A model generated the notes under the pieces. That model saw nothing but the letters and a program-made list of their open reading frames with translations, did no database searches and was not told the origin of the DNA. 64,000 nucleotides of DNA from NCBI RefSeq assembly GCF_018977255.1, contig NW_024704743.1:114268001-114332000 (forward strand). The letters are read 5' to 3'. Positions within the stretch are counted from its first letter, which is position 1. The number at the start of each line of letters is the position of its first letter. The position numbers and the translations under genes are program-made. The stretch is from Callorhinchus milii (taxonomy: Eukaryota). This document shows, in pieces, positions 1-11,364 of this stretch.

Positions 1-148
1 AATCTCCCCCCTATCATTCAGTCACCTCCATCCAGTCACCCCCCATCCAGAGTTCATGAAGTTACCCTCCTATCTAGAGCTACCCATCCAATCACCCAAT
101 TCAGCTCCCCCCACCCATCTAGTCACCTCTTCCTCGTCTAGAGTCACA
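1..148. repeat. Degenerate short tandem repeat (catccagtcacc-like units)
   Basis: Recurrent cagtcacc / catccag / tctagag units. Confidence 0.5.
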
Positions 149-849
149 GAAAAGGTGGCATAATAGGAGAGAGCGAGAGGAGAGGGAACACATTGCTCAA
201 CAATTGAAACCCCATTTTTAAGAAACAGAATCCCGGGCAAGAAGGTATAAATTGCGGTAATTTGATTCAGGGTTTCTTTTATTTTTAAAAATCCAGTTGA
301 TCTGGACGTTATGGGTGGAAGATGGTCAGGCGGAGGGAGCTGTGGGAAACCCTCTAATCCATGGCCCAGAATTCATCACTAATTGGGAATCTCACTCAGA
401 GATGACTGGTGAGGGGCGGAGACAGTCAGTCACCCGGGCACAGTCAGGAGTAGAACTCTAATCTCCTGAAGTTTGTGCTAAAATCACATTTGCTCTGGGG
501 GCGGGGGTGCGAGAGAGGAGATCCTGTATTATAGCTGACCTGCCTCTGACCCTGCCTGGACAACCCAAGTGGGAAAGTGCTGCATGATGAAAAGCCTCAT
601 GACTACTGAATAAAAAGTTTCCCACAAACATTTGAAAATTAAACTTCAAACCATCTGCCTGGATCTGATCCTCTTGCCTTTGAATCAATCAACTGTCTTC
701 ACAAGAGACGTAGGTGGTAAGAAGGCACAGACTTTTTTTAACCCTCCTCTGCAATTTTTTTTGCTGTCACACCAGCTCTGTGAGTATTTATTAGTGGACA
801 GAATTGAACTTCACTTGCATGTGTCTGTCTTTCCATTGACTTTAATTTC

Positions 850-952
850 CACGTTTAGATGGGATGCATGGAATTCCTGGTTTGATTTGGGATACTCTTA
901 ACCATGGTGATGGGTTTCCGCATGTGTCAGATACCCGACTGACCAAAAAAAA
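850..952 (+). mobile_element. 5'-truncated 3' end of a poly(A)-tailed retroposon, copy 1
   Basis: atggtgatgggtttccgcatgtgtcag...ctgacc plus A-tract; recurs at 11922 and 25681. Confidence 0.7.
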
Positions 953-1004
953 CATATTGACTGAAGCATCACTTTAGTGAGTGGCTAAGGCAGCACAAGG
1001 ACAT

Positions 1005-1031
<27 letters not shown>
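1005..1031. repeat. (CT)n microsatellite
   Basis: Direct inspection. Confidence 0.95.
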
Positions 1032-1035
<4 letters not shown>

Positions 1036-2006
1036 CAAGCCCACAAGGCAAAGAATTGGCTTCCGGTCAATTGGACTGCAATCATCCTGTTACTTGTCAA
1101 TTTCACACATGTCATCCGCGTGCATTCAAAGCCGGTGGCCCGCATTTCCCAGTCACTGTGCTAAGCCCTCCCTTTCCCCTTCTCCAACTGCTCCAAGTGC
1201 CTGACCTCTGCTGTCCTGTTTTGTCAAAGCCCAAACACTGCCCATAGAAAACTAATGTAGCAGAGAAAACGGCAGTGTGCAGTTTCGCTACCCGATGAGC
1301 TATTATCTCACTAACTGTGTTAGTGAGACGCATCGCATAGCACATCACATCTAAATATGTGCCACAGCAACTGCTTTCTTTGGGAGGGGGAAGGGGGGCT
1401 GTCTTGAACTTTAATCCAATTTCTTACTGTGAAAAATACATTCACTTAAACCTATTATCAGCCTGGTTATCACTGCTACAGAACTTTCAGCTAGACTGTG
1501 TGCAATCTTGCACATATTTTCCTGTTTTCTTTCTTTTGTCTTTTTTTCCCCCCCATTAAGGACTGCTGAAGCCTCATACATACAACGCAGCCCCCACCCA
1601 CCCCCACTGAAGTTCCCTGAAGATTTTCCACTCCAGCCACCCGAACGCTATTTTCACTCCAGCTCCTTTCTAAATCTCTTCCCGGAAAAAAGAACAATGT
1701 CTTTGCTCAAGCCGCGGCCTTGGGATAAATTAATTTCCAGGGCTGGTGGAAACATTTTATTTTCTAGTGATTTCAAGGTCTATGTGTCCCTTGCTGCTTC
1801 CACTTCTACAAAATAATACAAGGCAGCAACATAAAGCCCCAAGAGGTAACCAATTACAATAACTATTTTTTTATACACGCCCCCCCCCAACCCTGGACCA
1901 CATTGAAATTCTTCAGGGACTTTCTATATTTATGTCTTTATGAACTCAGATGGTATTTTTGCATGTTCCGCTACACGTTTGCATGGGGTTCCAGAGTCAG
2001 CTATAT

Positions 2007-2294
2007 ATGATAATTATTGCATCTGATATAACCTCTTATCACATCATTGAGGCGTCTCAAAGTGCTTCACAGAATATATTATAAAGTGGAATTTGTGGGC
2101 GAAACATGGCAGGCAATTGAACAGCAGTGTCCCACAAAGAGTTGTGGATTGAGTGACCGAACATTTTTTTGAGGGATTATTACCTTTGGAGGACAACTGA
2201 CAACTGAGTCATACTTACTGCTTGGTAAACCGAGGCGTGTGGAGCAAGGAAACTTGCCCAAGTTTTCGCCCCACCCAGGGATCAAACCCAGGTC
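2007..2294 (-). mobile_element. SINE-A, long variant, head truncated
   Basis: aaggaaacttgcccaag body, Deu-like 3' part and L2-type tail on the minus strand. Confidence 0.85.
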
Positions 2295-2469
2295 GAGAGA
2301 GTGCTGGGATTTCAACTTTAACATCCAGGATGTTTTGAAATGCAGTCACAGTCTGAGCAAACAACCTTCTCTTTAACCATGAGCAAGTACCCACAAGGGC
2401 AAGAGAAAGATATTACAGCCTCCATTTCAGGTGATAAATCTCACAACGGTGCATACAATTCCACTGAAT

Positions 2470-2650
2470 CGTTACCCACAGGGAAATTAACGAGTAAAAC
2501 GGAAGGGTGGTTGATAGGCAGGAAGCTGAAATGCCTTTAAAAAATCGCTTTGAATGCTATGATGGGAGGACAGTAGAGCAGGTATTCTGTAAAGAATAGA
2601 TCAAATGGGCCAGAGGGCCTTCTTCATCCAAACCAATCTTGTGATCTTGA
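2470..2650 (+). mobile_element. CR1-type LINE 3' end (atcttgtg terminal repeat)
   Basis: Ends ccttcttcatccaaaccaatcttgtgatcttga; same tail near 24800, 28040, 32800, 51870 and 55540. Confidence 0.65.
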
Positions 2651-2659
2651 GAAGAGACG

Positions 2660-3023
2660 ATAATAATAATAATCCTTGAATTTAATAATAATAATCCTTT
2701 CATTTAGAAATAGTGCCTTATCACATCTTTGAGACGCCTCAAAACGCTACAGAATATACTGTAAAGTGAATTGACTGTATATTTTGTGGCCAAACTCAGC
2801 AACCAATTGCACACAGCAGTGTCCCACAAACAGTCGTGGACTGAAGTGACCAATTTTTATAAAAAGGAATTGTTACCCCTGGAAAAGCGACCTGCCAATT
2901 GACTAGGTAAACAGAGGCGTATGGAGTAAGGAAACTTGCCTAACATTTTGCCATATGTGGAAATTGAATCCAGATCCTCTCGCTTGCGAGGCGTGTGCTC
3001 TAACCACTGAGCTACAGGACTCC
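2660..3023 (-). mobile_element. SINE-A, full length, long variant
   Basis: Head ggagtcctgtagctcagtggttagagc (A box), B-box region, central ctctgtttacctag segment, doubled (TTA)n tail. Confidence 0.95.
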
Positions 3024-3551
3024 CATCACTTTGATTCCAGAGCCTCCTGTTCACCAGTTAACCGCATCATACAAACATTTATATAATTTGCAATCCCGAT
3101 GAAACAAGGAGAAGCAACAGTTTGACATAGCACCTAATCACATCTTCAAGACGTCTCAAAGTGCTTCACAGGATACACTGTAAAGTGCAGTGACTGTATT
3201 TTGTGGGCAATGGAGTCTAATATGGTACGTTTGTAAATTAGCAGTGGCTGCGCTACTTGTGAATTTTAATATTGCTGCTGAAATTACTGAATTTTTTCAC
3301 TGACCAATGTACTAAAACAGATGGAGCAGCCTCGACTGGGGATGACAATCAATACACACAACCTCTTGTGTGGGAAGACAGGATTTTATTCCATGATGAA
3401 ACATTTGCGTCTGGTTTCTACTGGCGAGAACAGAATTTTACATGCTTACTATAAAGGAAAAACGTGTTATGTGAGCATATCGCAAACTTAATCTTCCTCC
3501 CTCCACCCCCCTACACTGTCCTTTGCCATATATCAACAGAATGAACAAAAT

Positions 3552-3690
3552 AGCTCAGTTGATAAATTTGCCGCTCATTGTGGAACTGAGCCAGATATAA
3601 CAGGAAAGTACCAAGTTTAACCCATGGTCTGCTCTGTTAGCTGATCTCAGCCAGGTTGACACTGGGGCTGTATAAACGGCTTCAGCAAAT
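3552..3690 (+). mobile_element. Old tRNA-derived SINE family C, 5' part
   Basis: agctcagttg A box and gttagctgatctcag motif; reverse copies at 11365, 22365 and 44600. Confidence 0.55.
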
Positions 3691-4010
3691 AATACCATTC
3701 CTTGCATTTGATATACCGTATTGCTTTCACATCAGCAGGACATCTCAAAGCGCTTTATTGGATTTTACAGTAAAGTGCAGTGACTGTATTTTGCCAGCGA
3801 ACTCGGCAGTTAATTTGCACACAGCAATATCCCACAAACAGCCTTAAACTGAACAACGCATTTTATCTGGGGGATTGTTGGCCAGAACACTGGGAGAAAA
3901 AATCCTTTACTTTTTGAGTAGTGAAGTGTTAGCCTAGACCTAGATTATATGAATTCAAAGTCCCAAATGGGGCTTGAACCCACAACCTTTTGACTCAGTG
4001 GCGAGAGTGC
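3691..4010 (-). mobile_element. Deu-domain SINE with internal deletion
   Basis: ggggcttgaacccacaacc head, ggccagaacactgggagaa body, L2-type tail. Confidence 0.8.
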
Positions 4011-5974
4011 GATCGACAGATATCAGCAATGATAGCACACTATTTCTTTAAGTCTCTGCTTTTGATTGACGTGGTACACCAATACACAAACGTGTGTTTC
4101 GCTGTGTCAACCCCTTTCGTTTTTTTTAAAAACAAAAACCTCAATAAAGTTGATGGTGAAATTGCTTTTCCACGTGACAATGGAATTGGAACAGAGAAAT
4201 ACCAGGGAGAGAAAATTTGTGTTGGAACTGATTTGGAGGTGAGGTCCAGTGTAGCTCCAATCTGTCCGAAACTATCTCCCAGGGCTACGCCACCAGGCAG
4301 ACAGGCAGGCGGGCAGGCAGGCAGTGGGCTGGCATACAGGCAGTTGCTATCAGGTGAGCGTGCAATGTCTGTCTCTCCTTGTGTTTATAAGAGTTCTTGG
4401 AATTCGAGTCTGAACAAGTCACCACAAACAAATTTGGAAAACCCAAACTGTTCCAACTTCTTCAATAGTAATCTACAGTAATAAAGAGGAAGTGTCTGCC
4501 AATGTATCTGACAATCAAGTGCATCTGACACTCTCGCAATAACCAATTGACATAGACATGATTTATACCTCATCGGAAAGGCCTTGATCTGGCAGTGTCA
4601 TGGGCATTTTTTTGGGTGGGGGGGGGGAATGTCCTATCGTTAATGAGCTATATTAAAACATGCTTTAATTAAGCCTCAAAATATGAGGTGTGCATGGTAT
4701 TCTGCAACTACGAAGCAACAGAAAGCACACACCTTTCTGAGATACGCATCTATATGTATGGCATTTCCTTCTGGTTGTCGTGGGAGCTAGACAGAGAGGC
4801 ACAGACTGTGAGAGAGACAGAGACTGTGAGAGACAATATGTTATAAAGTGTAGTGACTGTGTGTTTTGTGGGAGAGACAGAGACTGCTTTTTGATTGGTG
4901 TGGAACATCAGTACACGAGTGTGTGTTTTGCTGTGTCAACCAGCAGAGATGTCACAATGTTACTGGACTGTCCTCTGTCCCTCTCCATTCCAAGGAGCCT
5001 GGCTTGCAGCTTGCAGCAGTGCAAACACTGCAGAGATCCCGGGCCACATCTGACCACCGGACTTGGTCTTTGTACAAACATGTGTAAATGCGGCTTAAAT
5101 CTTTTCAGCAGCGATACAGTACACTGATTCTAAACTGCATTGTTTGTCCTGCTTTCTCCAGTGAGGGCAAGTACAAAGCAAGGGTTAAACTGGTGACCTT
5201 GAGCTTTCACATCTCTGTGAATTGGCCTCCTCCCGATTTAGCCCTGGAGTGGGCTTTGCAACTACACACTTGGCATCAGGACCGATTCACTTTCAACAGG
5301 ATTATCCGAATGTCACCTCGCTGATCCCGGGGTCTAATATCATAGTGATCAGGCAAGAGAAGGAGGAGGTTATGCATATTGATTTCATTCAGCTTTCCTT
5401 CACCCCACACAAATGATTGTCTGTAACCGGAACTGTTGTCTTAACAAATCTTTACAAATGTTATCTTCAAAGATTCTGGGATATGATGTTCTGAAAGATT
5501 TTCTGCAAAACCTGCTGCATTGATAAGCGCAGATGAAAAAAACTCAGAAAAGGTCGGAATTGTCTGGTTTTTTAAAAAAAGGAAACATCATATTCATATC
5601 AGTTTGTGGGCTCTGTCTGGCACACAGCGGTCCCTCCATCACTGTTGTCAACGGGTCTCCATAATAAAAAAAAACACTTCAAAATAGAAAGAGCACTGAG
5701 AAGATTTGGCAACAACTTGCATTTATATAAAACCCTTCACTCAGGATACCCCTCGGTCTTCTGCATAGCAGCAGGATTAGACACCGAGCAGGGGCAAGGG
5801 GGTGGGGGAGTTGACTGTTGACTGTAAATTGACCGAAGAAATAGGTCAACAACATGAACAACACAGTGCCTTTCTCATAGGGCAACATCTGCAAACACAT
5901 CACAGAGACAAAGTCGAAGATTGACTGGGGAGGAGACAATAAATGGAGAGAAAAAAAAGCTGGCAGTTTTTTCA

Positions 5975-6285
5975 TAGCAGTAGAGAAGGTTATGGGGATC
6001 TATAAGGGGGGAAGGTTAAGGGATACAATAAAAGGGTATTTTTAAAAAAATAAACAGAGTTCAGTCAGAAAGTGAAACACTTTATCATAATTGGTTGCTT
6101 GAGCCAAATCCATGACAACATGTAATAGCGAATTGTATAAATACTCAAAGCCAAATAATATTAAAGGGGATAGGTTAAGAGCAAGGGAATGGGATTAGAG
6201 GTAGCGCAGATAGCTCTCATTGGGGAGTTAGCAATAGCACAGACACAGAGGGCTAAATGGCCCATTTCTATGCTGTGAACTTTCT
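5975..6285 (+). mobile_element. CR1 LINE 3' fragment
   Basis: Decayed RRLRGDL-like C-terminus and 3'UTR ending ggctaaatggcccatttctatgctgt. Confidence 0.65.
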
Positions 6286-6384
6286 TCCACTCAATGAAAT
6301 TAATGCTTTCTGTTTAAAAGCTCATGATGGATCGAAATGAAGCAAAGCGATTCAGCACATGGTTGTGTAATAATAATGGTAAAC

Positions 6385-6862
6385 ATGCTTGCATTTGATA
6401 AAGCACCCTTCCTATTAGGAGAACGCCTTAAAGTACTTCACATGCATTACTGCGTATTTTGCAGCAGCTAATTTGCACACAGTAATGTCCCACAAACAGC
6501 CATGAAGTGAATGACCAATCGGATTATTGGGGAACCGAGAGAAACTCCCTTCTCTATTCAATTGGGAACTTTTAACATCCATCTGAACAAATAGACAAAA
6601 CCTTGGTTTAACATTTCATCCGAAGAACAAGTATAGATTATGTAGAGAGCATGCTATATGAAAAATGTACTTTTATAGATCGGATTCCTTGATAGAATGC
6701 CTTCATAAAAATAAACAGCCTGGCATTGCATGTTAAATTGGTGTTCATGTTTACCATTTTCTCCCTGTTCTCTTCCCGATTGTGAATCATTAGCCCAACC
6801 ACCCACTCCACTTCAGCCAGAATGGACCGGGAAGTCGGCTAGTTTGTGGCCACCTGCCAATG
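6385..6862 (-). mobile_element. Composite element copy 2, Deu/L2-tail end plus part of the unrecognised head
   Basis: Collinear with the reverse complement of about 29670-30040; continues at 9362-9533. Confidence 0.85.
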
Positions 6863-6863
6863 T

Positions 6864-6990
6864 GGAGTCCTGTAGCTCAGTGGTTAGAGCACTTATCTAA
6901 CAAGCGACCTGGGTTTGATTCCCAGCAGGGCAAAACCTTGGGCAAGTTTCCTTACTCCACATGCCTGATAATAAACCCTCAAGAAAACAA
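6864..6990 (+). mobile_element. SINE-A 5' half (3' half at 9171-9365), split by an L2
   Basis: tRNA head and body stop at aagaaaacaac; body resumes at 9171. Confidence 0.85.
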
Positions 6991-9170
6991 CACCAACAAC
7001 AGGATTACATTTGTATAGCGCCTTTCATGTTGGGAGGACGTCCCAAGGTGCTGGACAGTGTAAGGCATTTCAGACCTGAGCTGGGGTCATGGAGGGAGAA
7101 GGGTGGGGAGGGGGGGTGGCCGATAGCATGGTCGAAGAGGAGGGGCTTGAGGTGGGACTTGAAGGAGGCTAAAGAGGGGGCGAGGCGGAGTGACTGGGGG
7201 ATAGAATTCCAGCGGTTGGGCGCAGAGTGGCTGAAGGCTCTCCCGCCAATGGTGGGGCGGGTGGGTCGGGGGCCTTGGAGCAGGCCAGAGCCGGCTGAGC
7301 GGAGGGAGCGGGCGGGTTGGTTGGGGTTTAGGAGGTCGCAGAGGTAGGGTGGTGCGAGACCATGGAACGCTTTGTAGGTGAGGACCAGGATCTTGAACTG
7401 GATCTTCTGAAGGATAGGGAGCCAATGGAGTTGGTGAGAGTGGAGGAGATGGGGTCACGGAGTTTGGTGCGGGAGAAGACATGGGCTGCAGAGTTCTGGG
7501 TTATCTGCAGCCTGTGGAGGGAGGAGTTGGGAAGGCCGACAAGTAGAGCATTTGCATAGTCGAGCCTGGAGGTGATGAAGGCACGAACAAGAGTTTCAGC
7601 GGCCTGAGGAGTGAGGAAGTGGCGGAGTCGGGCGATGTTACGGAGGTGAGGGAAGGCAGAGCGGGTCATGGCTTGAATGTGGGGAAGAAAAGACAGTTGA
7701 GGGTCGAACAGGACACCTAGGTTCCTGACTGGCTTGGTGAGTTGTAGTATGCAACCATGGAGGTTGATGCTGCCAGAGCCTGAGGTGCTGAGGCGATGGC
7801 GTGAGCCAATCAGGAGGGCCTCAGTCTTGTTCACATTCAACTGTAGGAAATTTGCCCTCATCCAGGACTTGATGTCCGACAGGCAGTCTGTCAGGACAGC
7901 AGTGGTCCTGGAGTTGAGGGTGGAGGCAGAAAGATAGAGTTGGGTGTCATCCGCATACATATGGAAGTTGACCCCATGTCTGTGGATAATGTCACCAAGG
8001 GGGAGGATGAAGATATTAATGAGGAGATGGCCATGGACAGACCCCTGGGGGATGCCAGACGTGACAGTGCGGGGCTGGAGGAGAAACCGTTAGAAGCAAC
8101 AAAGTGGAGGCGGTGAGAGTGAGAGGATTCGATCCAGGCAAGGGCAGGTCTGCAAAGATTAAAGAAAGAGGAGAGGATGGAATGGTCGACAGTGTTGAAG
8201 GCGGCAGAGAGGGCGAGGAGGACAAGGAGGCAGAGGGAGCCCTGATCACAGATGTTCAGAATGTCATTAGTGACTTTGACCAGGGCTGTTTCTGTGCTAT
8301 AGGCAGCGCGGAAGCCAGATTGGAGGGTTTCAAAGAGGGAATGGTGAGAGCTGGGACGCGATGACTTATTCCAGGACCTTGGAGAGGAATGGGAGGTTAG
8401 AGATGGGGCGGTAGCTGAAGAAGAGAGATGGGTCCAGGGAAGGTTTTTTCAGGATGGGGGTGATGGTGTCTGTTTTTAGGGGGGTGGGAACAGAACCGGT
8501 GGACAAGGAGAGGTTGATGATGTTGGACAGGAGAGGGGCCAGAAGGTGGAGCTGGGGGATGAGGAGAGAGGTGGGGATGGGATCGAGGGAGCAGATGGTA
8601 GGTTTGAGTTTACGAACAATGGCGGTGAGGGAGGAGGGAGAGATAGGGTCGAAAGAGTATGGTGGGGATGGGTCATGAGGGAGAGGTGATGTGGGGGTGG
8701 CGGTGGACAGGCAGAGGTGGCTGAACGTATCCCCTCGATTTGGGATTCGAGGAAGTCCAGTATAATAATAATAATAATCCTTGCATTTGATATAGCGTTG
8801 GGAGGACGTCCCAAAGCACTTCACAGAATAGACTGTAAAGTGAATTGACTGTATATTTGTGGGCGAACGCGGCAGCCAATTGCGCACAGCAATGTCCCAC
8901 AAACAGTCGTAGATTGAAAATGACCAATTTATTATTGTTTTGTTTTGGAGGGATTATTATTAGGCTCTGTGTGGAGTAAGGAAACTTGCCCAAGGTTTCG
9001 CCCTGTGCCTGGAATTGAACTCAGGTCTCTCACTTGCAAAGCGAGTGCTCTAACCACTGAGCTACAGGACTCCAGTATCTCCTCACAGTTGGAGTTTGAG
9101 GAGAGGATGGGCGAGGCATCGAAATGTGGATGGAGGAGACGGTTTGTAGTGGAAAAGAGAAGCCTGGGGT
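6991..9170 (-). mobile_element. 5'-truncated L2 LINE (frameshifted ORF2 RT), interrupted by a SINE at 8762-9073
   Basis: ORF 7328-7960 YADDTQLYL...[11 protein letters not shown]...[12 protein letters not shown] 8366-8902 CSLDPIPT...YRPISNLPFLSKVLE; (TTG)n-type tail at 6991. Confidence 0.95.
8762..9073 (-). mobile_element. SINE-A, full length, short variant, inserted in the L2
   Basis: Complete head to (TTA)n tail; tccagtat repeated at both junctions. Confidence 0.95.
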
Positions 9171-9365
9171 ATAATAATAAACAAGAATAATTTGGTCCCT
9201 CAATTCATGACTGTTTGTGGGGCACTGCTGTGTGCAACTGGCTGCCGCGTTTCACCTACAAATATACCATCAATTCACTTTACAGTATATTCTGTGAAGC
9301 GCTTTGAGATGTCTCGAAGATGTGAAAAATGCTATATCAAATGCAAGGACTATTATTATTAATAA
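9171..9365 (+). mobile_element. SINE-A 3' half of the copy starting at 6864
   Basis: gactgtttgtgggg...atatcaaatgcaaggactattattatt. Confidence 0.85.
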
Positions 9366-9533
9366 TGATTCTCTGTTAAGTAACTGAGATGGGACCAGTA
9401 GATTTTGCCTCTCCACAGAGCGAACACGTAAGGTCACATCCTGCCACCCAGCTCAACCCTGAGCCAATATATTCATCCTACTGAGGGAAGCAAATCTGAC
9501 TGACAATCAGCCTGGGCCTGTGGACCTTCTGAC
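9362..9533 (-). mobile_element. Composite element copy 2, 5' part of the head
   Basis: Matches the reverse complement of about 29520-29672. Confidence 0.85.
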
Positions 9534-9614
9534 AACAACAACAACTTGCATTTAGTGGAGGCAGAAAGATAGAGTTGGGTGTCATCCGCATACGTATGGA
9601 AGTTGACCCCATGT
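9532..9614 (-). mobile_element. Tiny L2 remnant, YADD segment fused directly to the tail
   Basis: [20 protein letters not shown] followed by aaatgcaagttgttgttg. Confidence 0.85.
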
Positions 9615-9629
9615 GACGCAAATGTGTGT

Positions 9630-9720
9630 GGTTCCACCCACCATATGACGCGAGGCGTGCGGTTCCGCCCACCATATGACGCGAGGCGTGGGGTTCCGCC
9701 CACCATATGAGGCGAATGCG
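9630..9720. repeat. CpG-rich 31-bp minisatellite, about 3 units
   Basis: ggttccgcccaccatatgacgcgaggcgtgc units at 9630, 9661 and 9692. Confidence 0.95.
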
Positions 9721-10467
9721 AGGACTTTTTTCCCGCGTGAGCGTCCACGTGACTTTACGGCCTGCTCATTAACTGCCTGTCAATCAAGCAACCACGCGCC
9801 CAGATTTTGTTGCAAATTCAAACAGCTTCTGCAACTGAATCATTTGCAAATATTTTCTTAACTAATCTAATTAAAGGGACAGGTCCCCCCATTTCCCTTA
9901 AATATTATATTATTACTCCAAGACCGTTTCTGGGACACTGCCATATGCAATTGGCTGCTGTGTTTCACCCACAACATACACGAGAGAGAATATGGGGAGC
10001 GGGGAAAGCAGAATTTCAAAGAGTGATTGTAATTTTAATCAATATTTTGTCTTAGTCGTGTCCAAGTAGTTTAAAGGCTGATTTTATGATTCACTCAACA
10101 CTTGTGGAGCTTTTCATTGTAAAGTTAGTTGCTCGTTTACGCAATGCGGTGGATTAGCTGTGAGGTCAGAAGCGGTAATCACACACAGATTACCATGAAT
10201 ATCCCGGGCCCAGCAGGATAGAATAACATTGACGCTGAGATTCCTGGCTCAGTTCACTTGTTATACTAAGGACATGATTTCTTCTGAACTGCTGATGGGT
10301 TTTATTTATTGCAAAGTAAAATTTGCAATATTTTCCAGTGGTGATGGAAGTTTGAATCTCCATTTAATTGTATGTTAATTAATAGTATGTTTATGTTAAT
10401 TAATTATTAACCTGTATGTTTATTTAATCTCTCCCTTCGCTCAGCAAGCACTGGTTCACCCTGCTTC

Positions 10468-10730
10468 GTGTCCCACCTCCTATTCAACCCACCATCTTTC
10501 AGCTATTCAACCTCCATTCTCTGGTACTCAATTCTAAAGTCCCTCCAACTTGATCCCTCCCTCGCCTTGTTCAAGGTCCCTCTCAAGATGCATTTCTTTG
10601 ACCACGCTTTCGGTCATCTCTCTCTACCCACCCTCCTGAGCTCCCACCTCCAGCTCGGGCACCCAGCCAACATTGTTAAGCACTTTGGGACATCCTCCAG
10701 ATGCGAAAGGTGTTATATAATTCTAAATTT
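10468..10730 (+). mobile_element. L2 3' end
   Basis: FKVPLKMHFFDHAF C-terminal motif, then ctttgggacatcctcc...gaaagg tail. Confidence 0.8.
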
Positions 10731-11364
10731 GTATGTTAGCATCTTATTAAATGTTTGCCACTAGAAAAAAAGGATGAGCGGAAAATATTCTTTTTTAAAA
10801 TTGATGCAGAACATTTCTTTCAAGGAGGAAATAAAACAGAGGGTCATGGAGTGTATTAAAGACAAGGTTTTTTTTCAGCCCAGGTTGTCTTTTGATGTTC
10901 TGACCTAAACTAGATGTTGTCAATTATAACCTGACCTTTAACCTGGGTAAGGGAGAAACCTCCATCAACTTCCTCATTGCACCCTACACTAATGTGACTG
11001 GTGACTATGCCAGAGGGAAGCCATGGCAACAGTCCTGTACGAAAGCAAAGAGAAGCCATGGCAACAGTCCCATAATGTGCTGCTGGCCTGCAGTGGCAGG
11101 TAGTTCATTTGTAACTATAGAAGCAAAAGTAAGAGTGGCTGCAAATGTGCTCTGTAACATCCATCAGCCATAATTTAGGGCCTTTTTATAGAATGCACTT
11201 TTTGTAATTTCAGACACTGCTGCTTTAACGGGAACACTAGAAATCAGTTTTCTCCCCCTGACAAACTCCGTACTGAATGTTAATATGTGTTTCAACCTTA
11301 TCAGATAATAGTATCAATAACTGGCTGATTTTTCACTGCAGTTTTTGTGTCCCATGAGTCTTTG

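Noticed and set aside
3990..4481. 163-aa ORF
   Set aside because: Starts at TTG inside a SINE head and crosses low-complexity caggcag repeats; no domain recognised.
7328..7960. Functional reverse transcriptase (retron, group II intron or DGR-like system)
   Set aside because: Motifs and tail are those of an L2 LINE; the copy is frameshifted, 5'-truncated and interrupted by a SINE.
9630..9720. CRISPR-like array
   Set aside because: Units are head-to-tail with no unique spacers; eukaryotic context and no cas genes.
9871..9901. TTAA-bounded mini inverted repeat (Kolobok-like); also ttaaccc near 14410 (piggyBac-like end)
   Set aside because: Too short, with no partner terminus or second copy in the window.
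11017..11070. Duplicated gaagccatggcaacagtcc containing RFX half-sites
   Set aside because: A simple 19-bp local duplication with incomplete X-boxes and no other support.
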